Source: an uncultured Veillonellaceae bacterium (GTDB taxonomy: Bacteria; Bacillota; Negativicutes; JARBTT01). Taken from it: a DNA stretch of 64,000 nucleotides. This document shows positions 11,086 through 20,716 of this stretch, one piece after another. Numbering within the stretch: position 1 is the stretch's first letter; every line of letters begins with the position of its first letter. The notes below the pieces were generated by a model. It worked only from the letters and a program-made list of their open reading frames with translations, was not told the DNA's origin and did not search any database. The stretch is taken from positions 96,001 through 160,000 of the forward strand of contig CAWDTA010000002.1 of NCBI GenBank assembly GCA_963805085.1, given 5' to 3'. Made by a program: the position numbers and the translations under genes.

Positions 11086-12756
11086 TTATCTTTTTCGCAC
11101 GCTTTCTATTTTACGCTTTAGTGCTTTAATCCACCAAGATATAGTAAACATTTTTTTGCGTTCATTTTTTAACCATTCATGCATTCTAGCCTTCTTTATA
11201 GTGATTCTATTTAGAGTTTTTTGCAACAAATTTTTTTCTTCTTCAATCTTATTTATTCTTTCTTGCAAAGCAATACTTGATTTACGTTCATTTATTAACA
11301 AATCTCGCTCTGATACAAGTTTATCTAACCACTCTTGCATTCCAGCCTTCTCTATGGTGATTCTATTTAAAGTTTCTTGCAACAAATTTTTTTCTTTTTC
11401 AAGTTCATTCATTCTTTGCTGAGAAATAATACTCGATTTGCATAACAACTCCGCTAAAGCACTCCCCACTTCGGGGAATATAGTTGTTACTGGAGGTATA
11501 TCCTTCTGAGTAAATTTAGTTTGTTTTATTAAATCAAAAAACAACTCACCATAACTTGCAGCTTGCCTAGATTGAGCAAAGAACTCCTCGGCACATCTGC
11601 GGCAATTATCTCCTAAAGACCTCACAAATAAAACTTCTGCTAACTTTTCTGCGAATAAACCTGTATCTTTTAAAGGAACTATATATCCAGTTTCACCATT
11701 TAAAATGAAGTCAGGCATCCCTCCAAAATCAAATGCCACCACTGGAGTGCCACAAGCAAAAGACTCTAAAATAATATTTGGTAAGTTATCTTCTAAGGAT
11801 GGTAAAGCAACTACATCCGCAGCTGAATATGCTAAGGCCAATCTTTCATCATTATCAATAAATCCCATGGCGACATAAGGAATATCCAGTTTTCTTAAAT
11901 CTTCTGACTCCTGGCCAAAAGTCAGTATCGCAATTTTTTGTTTTCCAATTGATTCCTTAAGTTCACTTCTTTCTTTTAAATCGTTCATTGCTGCTAACAG
12001 CTCCAAAAATCCTTTTCTACGTTCACCATGATTTTCGGCACCAAATAAAATAACTTTAGTATCTTCTGAAAAGTTAAACGTCTGTTTAGCTTGCTTTTTA
12101 CCATATGGTCTAAAAACATCTAATTCAACAGAATTAGGAATAACTTCAACACGGTTATTTTTAAAAACTGCACTTTTAGTTGCACATTCCGCCAACCACT
12201 TACTCGGTGTAACAACAACTAAATCTTTAGGCATATACTTAACTTTTGCCTCTAAAAGAACTCTTGGAAGATTTAATGTATTTGATTTCATCTGAGGGCA
12301 TTTATTACAATCAACTAAATAACGATCACATCCATGCACATAATGACATGCCCCTGTCATTGGATTTTGATCATGCAATGTCCAAACCAATGGTTTTTTA
12401 ACGTAGTCTAAATCTGCTATTGCCTCTAAAGAAACAAAGCTAGCAATCCAATGTAAATTCACTAAATCATAATCATAAAGTAATTCTCTAAAATCAAAAT
12501 TTAAACTTGGATACATAAAAGAAAGCATTGTACTTCCTTGAAATATATTAGAATAAAAATTTTCTTGAGCAATATTTTCAATTAACAAATTATTAATTTC
12601 AGGCGCATTTATTTGTTTAACATACTCTAAATTTGTTTTTTTATATTTTACAAATAAATCTGCAGCTATGTCCCTTTGCCTTAATGCTTGTCCTAACCGC
12701 AATGCAGCCCGTGCTGCTCCACCATAATCATTAGTACTAAGTAAAGCAACCTTCAC
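11086..12756 (-). CDS. GT4 (WcaC-like) glycosyltransferase with C-terminal coiled coil
   Basis: GGAARAA, WTLHD, C-x-Y..GC..C..CP cluster, EDNLPN..LES motif, heptad-rich tail. Confidence 0.88.
   Translation of the reverse strand: MKVALLSTNDYGGAARAALRLGQALRQRDIAADLFVKYKKTNLEYVKQINAPEINNLLIENIAQENFYSNIFQGSTMLSFMYPSLNFDFRELLYDYDLVNLHWIASFVSLEAIADLDYVKKPLVWTLHDQNPMTGACHYVHGCDRYLVDCNKCPQMKSNTLNLPRVLLEAKVKYMPKDLVVVTPSKWLAECATKSAVFKNNRVEVIPNSVELDVFRPYGKKQAKQTFNFSEDTKVILFGAENHGERRKGFLELLAAMNDLKERSELKESIGKQKIAILTFGQESEDLRKLDIPYVAMGFIDNDERLALAYSAADVVALPSLEDNLPNIILESFACGTPVVAFDFGGMPDFILNGETGYIVPLKDTGLFAEKLAEVLFVRSLGDNCRRCAEEFFAQSRQAASYGELFFDLIKQTKFTQKDIPPVTTIFPEVGSALAELLCKSSIISQQRMNELEKEKNLLQETLNRITIEKAGMQEWLDKLVSERDLLINERKSSIALQERINKIEEEKNLLQKTLNRITIKKARMHEWLKNERKKMFTISWWIKALKRKIESVRKR
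11155..11440 (-). repeat. 156-bp (52-codon) imperfect tandem duplication in coiled-coil tail
   Basis: KSSIISQQRMNELEKEKNLLQETLNRITIEKAGMQEWL versus KSSIALQERINKIEEEKNLLQKTLNRITIKKARMHEWL. Matching DNA at 11327 and 11171. Confidence 0.9.
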
Positions 12757-12876
12757 TTTATCACCACATCTCCAATTTTATAAAACGCTTATATTTTAAA
12801 TTTTAGTAATTCTTAATTTAATAATCAATCTGCATATTATTTTTTGATTTTTCCATAACTGTAGAATTTAATCTCT

Positions 12877-15069
12877 TTATTCTACGCACCACTTACCTTT
12901 AATTTTATCATTGAGTACCCTTTCCCCATTACTCTCTATTTCCTGCAACGATACTATTTTTTCCATTTCATTTTTTTCTTTTAAAAGCTGAAAAATTTTT
13001 CCTCCACCTGTATAATCAATAGCAATATATGGTACTTGCAATATATTAGCAAACAATACCGAATGAAATCTCATACAAAGATTATATTCTGCTGATTGCA
13101 TATTTTGACTTATACTTTCAATCGTCGATAATTTTCTTTCTATATAATACTCATATCCTTGTAAATATCTTTCGGCGAAAGATAAATTAAAATCTCTATC
13201 GTCATTTCCAATAACAAAATTATGCATAGCATAAAAATGAGGAATTAAATTTTCTTTTTTAATTAAATATATAATATTTTGTGCAAGTCTTTCCTCAAAA
13301 TTTCTTTTAAAAACATCAAATTCTTCTGGACTTTTATTGCCTCTATATTCATATGTTATTTCCCTTAAAAAGCAAGCTAGCTTTCCCTTTTTGGGCTTTA
13401 TATCATTCAATTTATACTTTTTTATAAACTGAACTGCTGGATCGCCAATATTATGCAAATTAAGCTCTGAAATCCCAATTTTTTTAGCATAAATTACAGA
13501 AGCCTCATCTCTCAAATTCACCTCGTTGGCAAATTCTAATATTTCTTTAACAGCTTGTTTTTTATCTTCCGTATACAATGGACCTATACCGCATCCATAA
13601 ACAGTTCTTTTTCTGCTATACTCTTTTGCAATAAAAAATGCCCACTGAATTAAACTCAGTTCTTCTAATTCCATAAGTGGGCCGCCGCCAACAACAACTT
13701 CATCTACTGAAGCACACCATTCAAAATATAGCTGACTATATACAGGAACAACTTTAACATTCCCATCAACATTCAATTCTCTCAAAGTTCGTTCAGTAAT
13801 GAATGGATATAATGAACTTACCCCTATACACAAATCTTTCCCATATTTTCTTTTATAGTCATCAATAACCTGCCCTAATATAGCTTTATCGCCAACAGTT
13901 TCTGTTCCATACCAACCAACAATCAAAATAGTAGGCGCACCAAACTCTTTCATATTTATTACAACATCATTTTTTTTACTTTTGTATGCTTGTATTGAAA
14001 AAAAGTTTTTATATTTATTTTGCTTTTCCAACACTTCTACTAATTGTTGCTTTGGGGCATCATGATAGTCATGAATACATTTTAAACAATATTTTTGTTT
14101 TATTGTTTCAAGTTCAATCAAATTTTTAGAATAAATATTTACGCCTCTATCTTGCAATAAATTTCCTATAACTGGTGATTTAGGTGCACAGTACGCCATA
14201 CCACCATGACAATCTAAATTTATTGCAACCCCATTTTTATATGGACATTCTATAGCTCGCTCTTCCCCCCTCAACATTCTCTTGATATTTCTATATGTAT
14301 TTAAAATCCCCTCATTTTTTTCATAACTATATTCCAATTTACTAAAAAACAGTTCTAGCTGATAAATTTCATCATCAGAAAAATTTCTAATGTACTGTTT
14401 ATTTTCTTCACAATCATTATCTAACCGATTAATGAATTCGCCTATTCTAAATCTACCTTCAATATTTTTTTCTTTCAAAAATAGTAATAATTCATCTAAT
14501 CCCCATACATTTTTTTTGGTCGCCGTGGCTCCAATTGTAAATTGAATTTTATTCTCTTGCAAATAAGAAATCACTTTCATTACTTGCTCAAAATTTCCTT
14601 TACGACCTCTATTTAAATCATGAAAAGTCCTAACACCATCTAATGAAAGCATAATAACAAAAGATTTTTCCTTTTGAAGCGATATACTACGAATTTTATC
14701 AATACTTGCTATAACTTTTTCAGGCGCTAGACAATTTGTAATTAAACTAGTTCCTTTCAAATTAGGCAAAGTCTCCATCGCACATAGAAAATACTCTGAT
14801 AAATCTTCAACTAAAGTAGGCTCGCCACCTGTAATTCCTATATGTTCTATATTTTCAAACAAAGAATCATCTAAAATTTTTTCAAATTCTTTCAGCGACA
14901 AATAAGAGTAATCCTTTTTCTTCCACACATTACACATCACACAAGCTGAATTACAAAAATTATTTACCTGATAATTAATTACTTTTAAATTATTAACTAT
15001 CTGTTTTTCTTGAGGTGTGGCTTTATGAAAATATTTATTACACAAATTTGAAAAAGCTTTTTTTATCAT
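12877..15069 (-). CDS. Radical SAM (Cys-rich SPASM/twitch-like) - polysaccharide pyruvyltransferase (CsaB/WcaK-like) fusion
   Basis: CNSACVMC and TGGEP, downstream Cys cluster, then GWYG...GD.AI, GGG, GCGIG, RD, DPA and MRFHS motifs. Confidence 0.85.
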   Translation of the reverse strand: MIKKAFSNLCNKYFHKATPQEKQIVNNLKVINYQVNNFCNSACVMCNVWKKKDYSYLSLKEFEKILDDSLFENIEHIGITGGEPTLVEDLSEYFLCAMETLPNLKGTSLITNCLAPEKVIASIDKIRSISLQKEKSFVIMLSLDGVRTFHDLNRGRKGNFEQVMKVISYLQENKIQFTIGATATKKNVWGLDELLLFLKEKNIEGRFRIGEFINRLDNDCEENKQYIRNFSDDEIYQLELFFSKLEYSYEKNEGILNTYRNIKRMLRGEERAIECPYKNGVAINLDCHGGMAYCAPKSPVIGNLLQDRGVNIYSKNLIELETIKQKYCLKCIHDYHDAPKQQLVEVLEKQNKYKNFFSIQAYKSKKNDVVINMKEFGAPTILIVGWYGTETVGDKAILGQVIDDYKRKYGKDLCIGVSSLYPFITERTLRELNVDGNVKVVPVYSQLYFEWCASVDEVVVGGGPLMELEELSLIQWAFFIAKEYSRKRTVYGCGIGPLYTEDKKQAVKEILEFANEVNLRDEASVIYAKKIGISELNLHNIGDPAVQFIKKYKLNDIKPKKGKLACFLREITYEYRGNKSPEEFDVFKRNFEERLAQNIIYLIKKENLIPHFYAMHNFVIGNDDRDFNLSFAERYLQGYEYYIERKLSTIESISQNMQSAEYNLCMRFHSVLFANILQVPYIAIDYTGGGKIFQLLKEKNEMEKIVSLQEIESNGERVLNDKIKGKWCVE

Positions 15070-16452
15070 TTATTTAACATCCTTATCTAAAACATCAAAA
15101 TTAGCACTAATATCCATATCAACTAATGCATTTAACTCCACACCATCTTTTCTTTCTAACACCCGAAAAGCAAAACCATTTAACTCTCTTGCATAAAAAA
15201 CTTCTTGATAATCTTCAATACCCACCACACCGCATTTCAAAAAATATACATCTTGTATAAATTTACACACAAAACTAAATTGAACTTTTATTATAGTTCC
15301 AGCCTTTACAAAAGGAATTCCATTTCCAGCTTTTGCAGTTCCACACCCCGTAACTTCTATTCCTGTTTTTGTTTTGATCAACATTCCAAAACGTACATTA
15401 GTGCAATTCTCAAGGAACTTTACTTTATAACTAAAAGTATATCTACGCCCAAAATTCAGTATATTTATAGGAACACCTTTTACCCCTACCATTTTATAAT
15501 CATAGATTTTTGCCTTTTGGTTTTCATATGAAACGACTTCATTTTTAATCAACAATGAATCATCGAAATATTCTTGATCAAAAACCACTTCCTCTTGCGT
15601 TTCCAAATTGAATTCATTAGTTTGTATAACATTTGATTGTTTTTCTTTTGGATTTTCAAAGACAATGTCTTTTTTTTCTTTCAGTTGTTGACGTATTTCC
15701 TTCACTTTTTCTTCGGGAGCAAACAACATTTTCTGATATAAATTAACTACTTTTTCACTTTTTCCTTCTAATAATTTTTCTCCTTGATCAATCCATATTG
15801 CCCTATCGCATAATTCTATAATACTGCTTCCTGAATGAGATACAAATAAAATCGTTTTTCCTTCATTTCTAAATTTATTTATCTTACCAAAACATTTATT
15901 CTGAAATAAATCATCACCAACAGATAATGCCTCATCTATGATAAGAATCTCTGGATCTACGTTAATTGCAACCGAGAATGCTAATCGTACAAACATTCCA
16001 CTCGAATACATTCTTACTGGCTGATAAATAAAATCTCCAATATCCGCAAACTTTACAATTGCATCAACTTTGTTCTTCATTTCTTCATGAGTATATCCCA
16101 TAATTGTTCCGTTTAGATATATATTTTCCATACCAGTCATCTCTGGATTGAAGCCCGCACCCAATTCTAATAACGCAGATATCTTACCACTCGTCTCAAC
16201 AATTCCAGATGTCGGTGTTAGTACATTTGTCAATATTTTTAATAACGTAGATTTTCCTGCTCCATTTTTTCCAATAATACCAATAATTTCACCTTTTTTT
16301 ATTTCAAATGAGATATTGTTTAGCGCATAAAAATTCTTACTATATTTTTTCCAAAACGGATTTAATGATTCTTTTAACCTATCAATTGGTTTATCATATA
16401 ATTTATAAATTTTTGATAAATTATCAACTTTTATTGCAATTTCATTATCCAT
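15070..16452 (-). CDS. wzt: O-polysaccharide ABC transporter ATPase with C-terminal Wzt-C domain
   Basis: GKNGAGKST, YSSGM, IIDEALSVGD motifs, ~190-aa C-terminal extension. Confidence 0.92.
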   Translation of the reverse strand: MDNEIAIKVDNLSKIYKLYDKPIDRLKESLNPFWKKYSKNFYALNNISFEIKKGEIIGIIGKNGAGKSTLLKILTNVLTPTSGIVETSGKISALLELGAGFNPEMTGMENIYLNGTIMGYTHEEMKNKVDAIVKFADIGDFIYQPVRMYSSGMFVRLAFSVAINVDPEILIIDEALSVGDDLFQNKCFGKINKFRNEGKTILFVSHSGSSIIELCDRAIWIDQGEKLLEGKSEKVVNLYQKMLFAPEEKVKEIRQQLKEKKDIVFENPKEKQSNVIQTNEFNLETQEEVVFDQEYFDDSLLIKNEVVSYENQKAKIYDYKMVGVKGVPINILNFGRRYTFSYKVKFLENCTNVRFGMLIKTKTGIEVTGCGTAKAGNGIPFVKAGTIIKVQFSFVCKFIQDVYFLKCGVVGIEDYQEVFYARELNGFAFRVLERKDGVELNALVDMDISANFDVLDKDVK

Positions 16453-16461
16453 AGTTTCCCC

Positions 16462-17271
16462 CTATAATACATCGGCAAAATGTGGACGTAATTTTTTAAA
16501 TGCAATTCCACCTATGAGCATTATTAATATAGTCACTACCCAATAATATAAAGAAAGCTCTCCATCTTGCCAAAACCATTTTTCATAAATAAACGAATTT
16601 CTATACCCTTCAATAATATAATAGCCTGGATTTAAATACAAAAAAGCAATATATTTTTCTGGTATCGTTTTTAAGCTCCAAAAAATAGGAGTTCCCCAAA
16701 ATCCAAATTGCAATATCATAGCAACAACTTGTCCTATATCTCTTAAGAATACAACTAATGCGGATGTCAACCAAGACAATCCTAAAAGCATACATATCAT
16801 TGCAAAAACATAATACACTACCTGCAAATTATATATTGTTGGCATATACCCATACAAAGCAAACATAAACAGCAAAATCAAAACAAAAAATATATGTACA
16901 ATAAATGCTGAAATAATCTTCACTATAGGTAACAAGCTAACTCTAAATACAACTTTTTTTACAAGATAACTATTTTCCACTATTGAATTTGTCGCCGAAC
17001 TTAAACTATCTGAGATAAAAAACCACGGAAACATTCCACAGACCAGCCATAAAATAAACGGAAAATTATCAACAGGTATAGATTTAAAACCTACTTGGAA
17101 AACAAACCAAAAAATCAGTATAGTAATTGTTGGTTGAATAAATGCCCACATAATGCCTAAATAGGATCCCAAATATCTTTGCTGAAAATCTTTTTTTGTC
17201 AATTCCCATAATAGTCTACGACTTCTTATTATATCAATTACAAATGATAAAAATAACTTTATATATCTCAT
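16462..17271 (-). CDS. wzm: O-polysaccharide ABC transporter permease
   Basis: RYLGSYLG..W, LVKKVVF, TPIFW, NP and HFADVL motifs, six TM segments. Confidence 0.93.
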   Translation of the reverse strand: MRYIKLFLSFVIDIIRSRRLLWELTKKDFQQRYLGSYLGIMWAFIQPTITILIFWFVFQVGFKSIPVDNFPFILWLVCGMFPWFFISDSLSSATNSIVENSYLVKKVVFRVSLLPIVKIISAFIVHIFFVLILLFMFALYGYMPTIYNLQVVYYVFAMICMLLGLSWLTSALVVFLRDIGQVVAMILQFGFWGTPIFWSLKTIPEKYIAFLYLNPGYYIIEGYRNSFIYEKWFWQDGELSLYYWVVTILIMLIGGIAFKKLRPHFADVL

Positions 17272-17276
17272 TTAAC

Positions 17277-18122
17277 CTATCCTTTTATTTCTTTTAAATA
17301 TCTGACAACCGCATTCTGCCAACTAGGTAATCTATTAAATTCCTTATTATCTAAGCACTCCTTACTCAACCTAGAATTCAATGGTCTCTTTGCTTTCGTT
17401 GGATATGCAGAGCTTGGAATATGATTTACTTTTGTATTATAACCGGCTTGTCTGAATATTTCTTCTGTAAACTTCGCCCAAGAACAAATTCCTTCATTCG
17501 TTGCGTGATAAGTACCATATTTATCGCTAACTGCCATTTCGCATAAAAGCTTAGCTACATCAGCAGTATAGGTAGGGGAACCAATTTGGTCGGCAACGAC
17601 GTTGAGTTCTTGACGCTCTTTTCCTAGTCTAAGCATAGTTTTTACAAAGTTGTTACCATTGATACCAAATACCCAAGAAATTCGCATAATGAAGTGTTTT
17701 TCTAAGATAGCTTTGACTGCATTTTCGCCTTCAAGTTTCGTTTGTCCATAAACGCCAAGCGGGCCTGTTTTGTCATCGACTTCATAGAAATTTTCTCCTG
17801 TACCAGGGAAAACATAATCCGTACTGATATAAATCATTTTCGCATCAATAGCTTTACATACTTTTGCGATATTTTCAGTGCCATTTACATTAACCTTACG
17901 ACACTGTTCCGGTTCATCCTCCGCTTTGTCGACCGCTGTGTAAGCAGAGCAATGAATAACTACATCTGGCTCATAGTTTGTAATAAATTTATTTGTTGCT
18001 TCAAAGTCTGTAATATCAAACTCGGCACGCCCTGCACCTACACAATCAAGATTGCGTACGTTAAGTGCTTTTATCACATCATATCCTAGTTGTCCGTTTA
18101 CGCCAGTTACTAATACTTTCAT
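17277..18122 (-). CDS. rmlD: dTDP-4-dehydrorhamnose reductase
   Basis: VTGVNGQLG, STDYVF, YGQTK, DQIGSPT. Start set at ATG 18122. Confidence 0.95.
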   Translation of the reverse strand: MKVLVTGVNGQLGYDVIKALNVRNLDCVGAGRAEFDITDFEATNKFITNYEPDVVIHCSAYTAVDKAEDEPEQCRKVNVNGTENIAKVCKAIDAKMIYISTDYVFPGTGENFYEVDDKTGPLGVYGQTKLEGENAVKAILEKHFIMRISWVFGINGNNFVKTMLRLGKERQELNVVADQIGSPTYTADVAKLLCEMAVSDKYGTYHATNEGICSWAKFTEEIFRQAGYNTKVNHIPSSAYPTKAKRPLNSRLSKECLDNKEFNRLPSWQNAVVRYLKEIKG

Positions 18123-18183
18123 ATAGACACTCCCTGAAAAATAAAATATACGACAAATGGGCGTATATGATACGCCCTTAATT

Positions 18184-19203
18184 TTATCTATTACTATACA
18201 TTTTTTCGTAGTAATCTTGGTATTCACCACTGATGATACGTTCCCACCAGTCTTTATTATCTAAATACCAGCGGATCGTTTTCTTGATGCCTTCATCAAA
18301 TAACGTTGTTGGTGCCCAGCCTAATTCTTTTTGCATTTTTGTTGGATCGATGGCATAACGCCGATCATGCCCTAAACGGTCAGAAACATATTCGATGAGG
18401 CTTTCATCTTTGCCTAATTCACGAAGGATCGTTTTTACTACTTCTAAATTCGTACGTTCGTTATGTCCACCGATATTATATACCTCACCAACTTTACCAT
18501 TATGGATGATCAGGTCAATTGCTGAACAATGATCTTCGACATATAACCAATCACGTACGTTTTTACCAGTGCCATATACAGGCAGCTTTTTATTATTTAA
18601 TGCATTCGCAATCATTAGCGGAATTAACTTTTCGGGAAAATGATATGGTCCATAATTATTAGAACAACGAGAAATCGTCGTTGGCAGTTTATAAGTACGA
18701 TTATAAGCTTGTACCACCAAATCAGCCGATGCCTTGGAAGCTGAATATGGACTAGAAGTATGTAGTGGTGTTTTTTCCGTGAAGAATAACTCTGGTTGAT
18801 CTAATGGAAGATCACCGTAAACTTCATCTGTCGATACTTGATGGTAGCGTTTAATACCGTATTTTTTACAAGCATCAAGTAATACACTCGTACCGATAAC
18901 ATTGGTTTGTAGGAAAATTTCTGGATTTTCAATAGAACGATCCACATGACTTTCTGCCGCAAAGTTAACGATGATATCTGGTTTTTGGGTTTCAAAAAGG
19001 TTATACACAAAAGCTCTATCCGCAATATCACCTTTGACAAAAGTAAAGTTTTGATTATCCATGACTGGTGTTAAAGTTTCCATATTACCAGCATAAGTTA
19101 ATAAATCTAAGCAGATTATTTTATATGTAGGATGTTGTTTGAGCATATAGTGAACAAAGTTACCACCAATAAAACCTGCTCCACCAGTTACAATTATTTT
19201 CAT
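18184..19203 (-). CDS. rmlB: dTDP-glucose 4,6-dehydratase
   Basis: TGGAGFIG, AAESHVDRS, STDEVYG, YSASK motifs. Confidence 0.97.
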   Translation of the reverse strand: MKIIVTGGAGFIGGNFVHYMLKQHPTYKIICLDLLTYAGNMETLTPVMDNQNFTFVKGDIADRAFVYNLFETQKPDIIVNFAAESHVDRSIENPEIFLQTNVIGTSVLLDACKKYGIKRYHQVSTDEVYGDLPLDQPELFFTEKTPLHTSSPYSASKASADLVVQAYNRTYKLPTTISRCSNNYGPYHFPEKLIPLMIANALNNKKLPVYGTGKNVRDWLYVEDHCSAIDLIIHNGKVGEVYNIGGHNERTNLEVVKTILRELGKDESLIEYVSDRLGHDRRYAIDPTKMQKELGWAPTTLFDEGIKKTIRWYLDNKDWWERIISGEYQDYYEKMYSNR

Positions 19204-19206
19204 AAT

Positions 19207-19773
19207 TTATTTCGCTCCCTCGTAAACAAAGTTTAAATTGGTACGTTCTTTTAACAATTGTGCATTTTTATCTTTTTCTGAAAGAATAAATTCACCTTCA
19301 CCCCATTCTACTCCGATATCTGGGTCATTGTATAGGATGTTACCATCACATTCTGGTGCATAGTAGTTATCTGCTTTATATTGGACTTCAACATCATCGG
19401 TCAAAGTAACGAAACCATGAGCAAAGCCTCGCGGAATAAATAATTGCTTTTTATTTTCTGCGGATAATTCAACAGCTACCCATTTTTTATACATAGGCGA
19501 ACCTTTTCTAATATCTACAGCAACGTCTAAGATAGCCCCTTTACTGCAACGTAGCATTTTGGCTTGGCACTTTGGATTCAATTGATAATGAAGTCCGCGA
19601 AGCGTACCTTTTTGCGCAGAGAACGATTGGTTATCCTGTACGAAATCACATTCAATTCCCGCTTCCGCTAATTTTGCTTTCGAATAACTTTCCATAAACC
19701 AACCACGATGATCACCGAAGACTTGCGGTTCTATAATATATACATCTTTTAACTTTGTTTCTGTTACTTTCAT
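19207..19773 (-). CDS. rmlC: dTDP-4-dehydrorhamnose 3,5-epimerase
   Basis: D.RG.F.E, QDN.S, LRGLHYQ and GFAHGF motifs. Confidence 0.97.
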   Translation of the reverse strand: MKVTETKLKDVYIIEPQVFGDHRGWFMESYSKAKLAEAGIECDFVQDNQSFSAQKGTLRGLHYQLNPKCQAKMLRCSKGAILDVAVDIRKGSPMYKKWVAVELSAENKKQLFIPRGFAHGFVTLTDDVEVQYKADNYYAPECDGNILYNDPDIGVEWGEGEFILSEKDKNAQLLKERTNLNFVYEGAK

Positions 19774-19786
19774 CTATACTATCCCT

Positions 19787-20662
19787 CTATTTCTCTTTTA
19801 CTAGGTTAATCAAGTATTGCCCATAATCATTTTTCTTTACTGGCTCGGCAAGTTTTAGCACTTGCTCTGCACCAATATGCCCCATCCGGTATGCAATTTC
19901 TTCGATACAAGCTATTTTTAGGCCTTGACGCTGCTCTACTGTTTGCACAAAAGTAGAAGCCTGTAGAAGTGATTCATGCGTTCCTGTATCCAGCCATGCA
20001 TATCCCCTGCCCATTGTTTCCACTCGTAAATTTTTCTGAGCAAGATAGACCTTGTTTACATCGGTAATTTCTAGTTCTCCGCGTGCCGATGGTTTGATAT
20101 TTGCTGCGATATCAACAATTTGATTATCATAGAAATATAGACCAGTTACGGCATAATTTGATTTAGGTTCAGTTGGTTTTTCCTCTAAACTAATAGCTGT
20201 ACCCTGCTTATCAAATTCCACAACGCCATACCGCTCCGGATCTCTAACGTAGTAGGCAAAAACAGTCGCGCCATCCGTATTACTAGTTGCTCTTTGCATT
20301 GCCGATGCTAAAGTATGCCCATAAAAAATATTGTCACCTAAAACAAGTGCACAGCCATCATTGCCGATAAACTCTTTACCGATAATAAAGGCTTGTGCCA
20401 ATCCGTCTGGGCTTGGTTGTACCGCATACTGAATGCTGATGCCCCATTGACTGCCGTCTTGTAATAAAGCTCTAAACAATTCCACATCTTGCGGTGTTGT
20501 GATGACTAAAATATCGTTAATCCCTGCTAAAAGTAAGGTACTCAATGGATAATAAATCATTGGCTTATCATAAATCGGCATCAATTGCTTACTAACGACT
20601 TTTGTTAGTGGATATAACCGAGTTCCTGATCCACCTGCTAGTATAATTCCTTTTTTTATCAT
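19787..20662 (-). CDS. rmlA: Glucose-1-phosphate thymidylyltransferase
   Basis: [26 protein letters not shown] and WLDTGT motifs. Confidence 0.97.
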   Translation of the reverse strand: MIKKGIILAGGSGTRLYPLTKVVSKQLMPIYDKPMIYYPLSTLLLAGINDILVITTPQDVELFRALLQDGSQWGISIQYAVQPSPDGLAQAFIIGKEFIGNDGCALVLGDNIFYGHTLASAMQRATSNTDGATVFAYYVRDPERYGVVEFDKQGTAISLEEKPTEPKSNYAVTGLYFYDNQIVDIAANIKPSARGELEITDVNKVYLAQKNLRVETMGRGYAWLDTGTHESLLQASTFVQTVEQRQGLKIACIEEIAYRMGHIGAEQVLKLAEPVKKNDYGQYLINLVKEK

Positions 20663-20716
20663 TTACTCTCTCTCCCAACACAAAAATTATTACAAATAAC
20701 AAAATATAGTGTTCTG

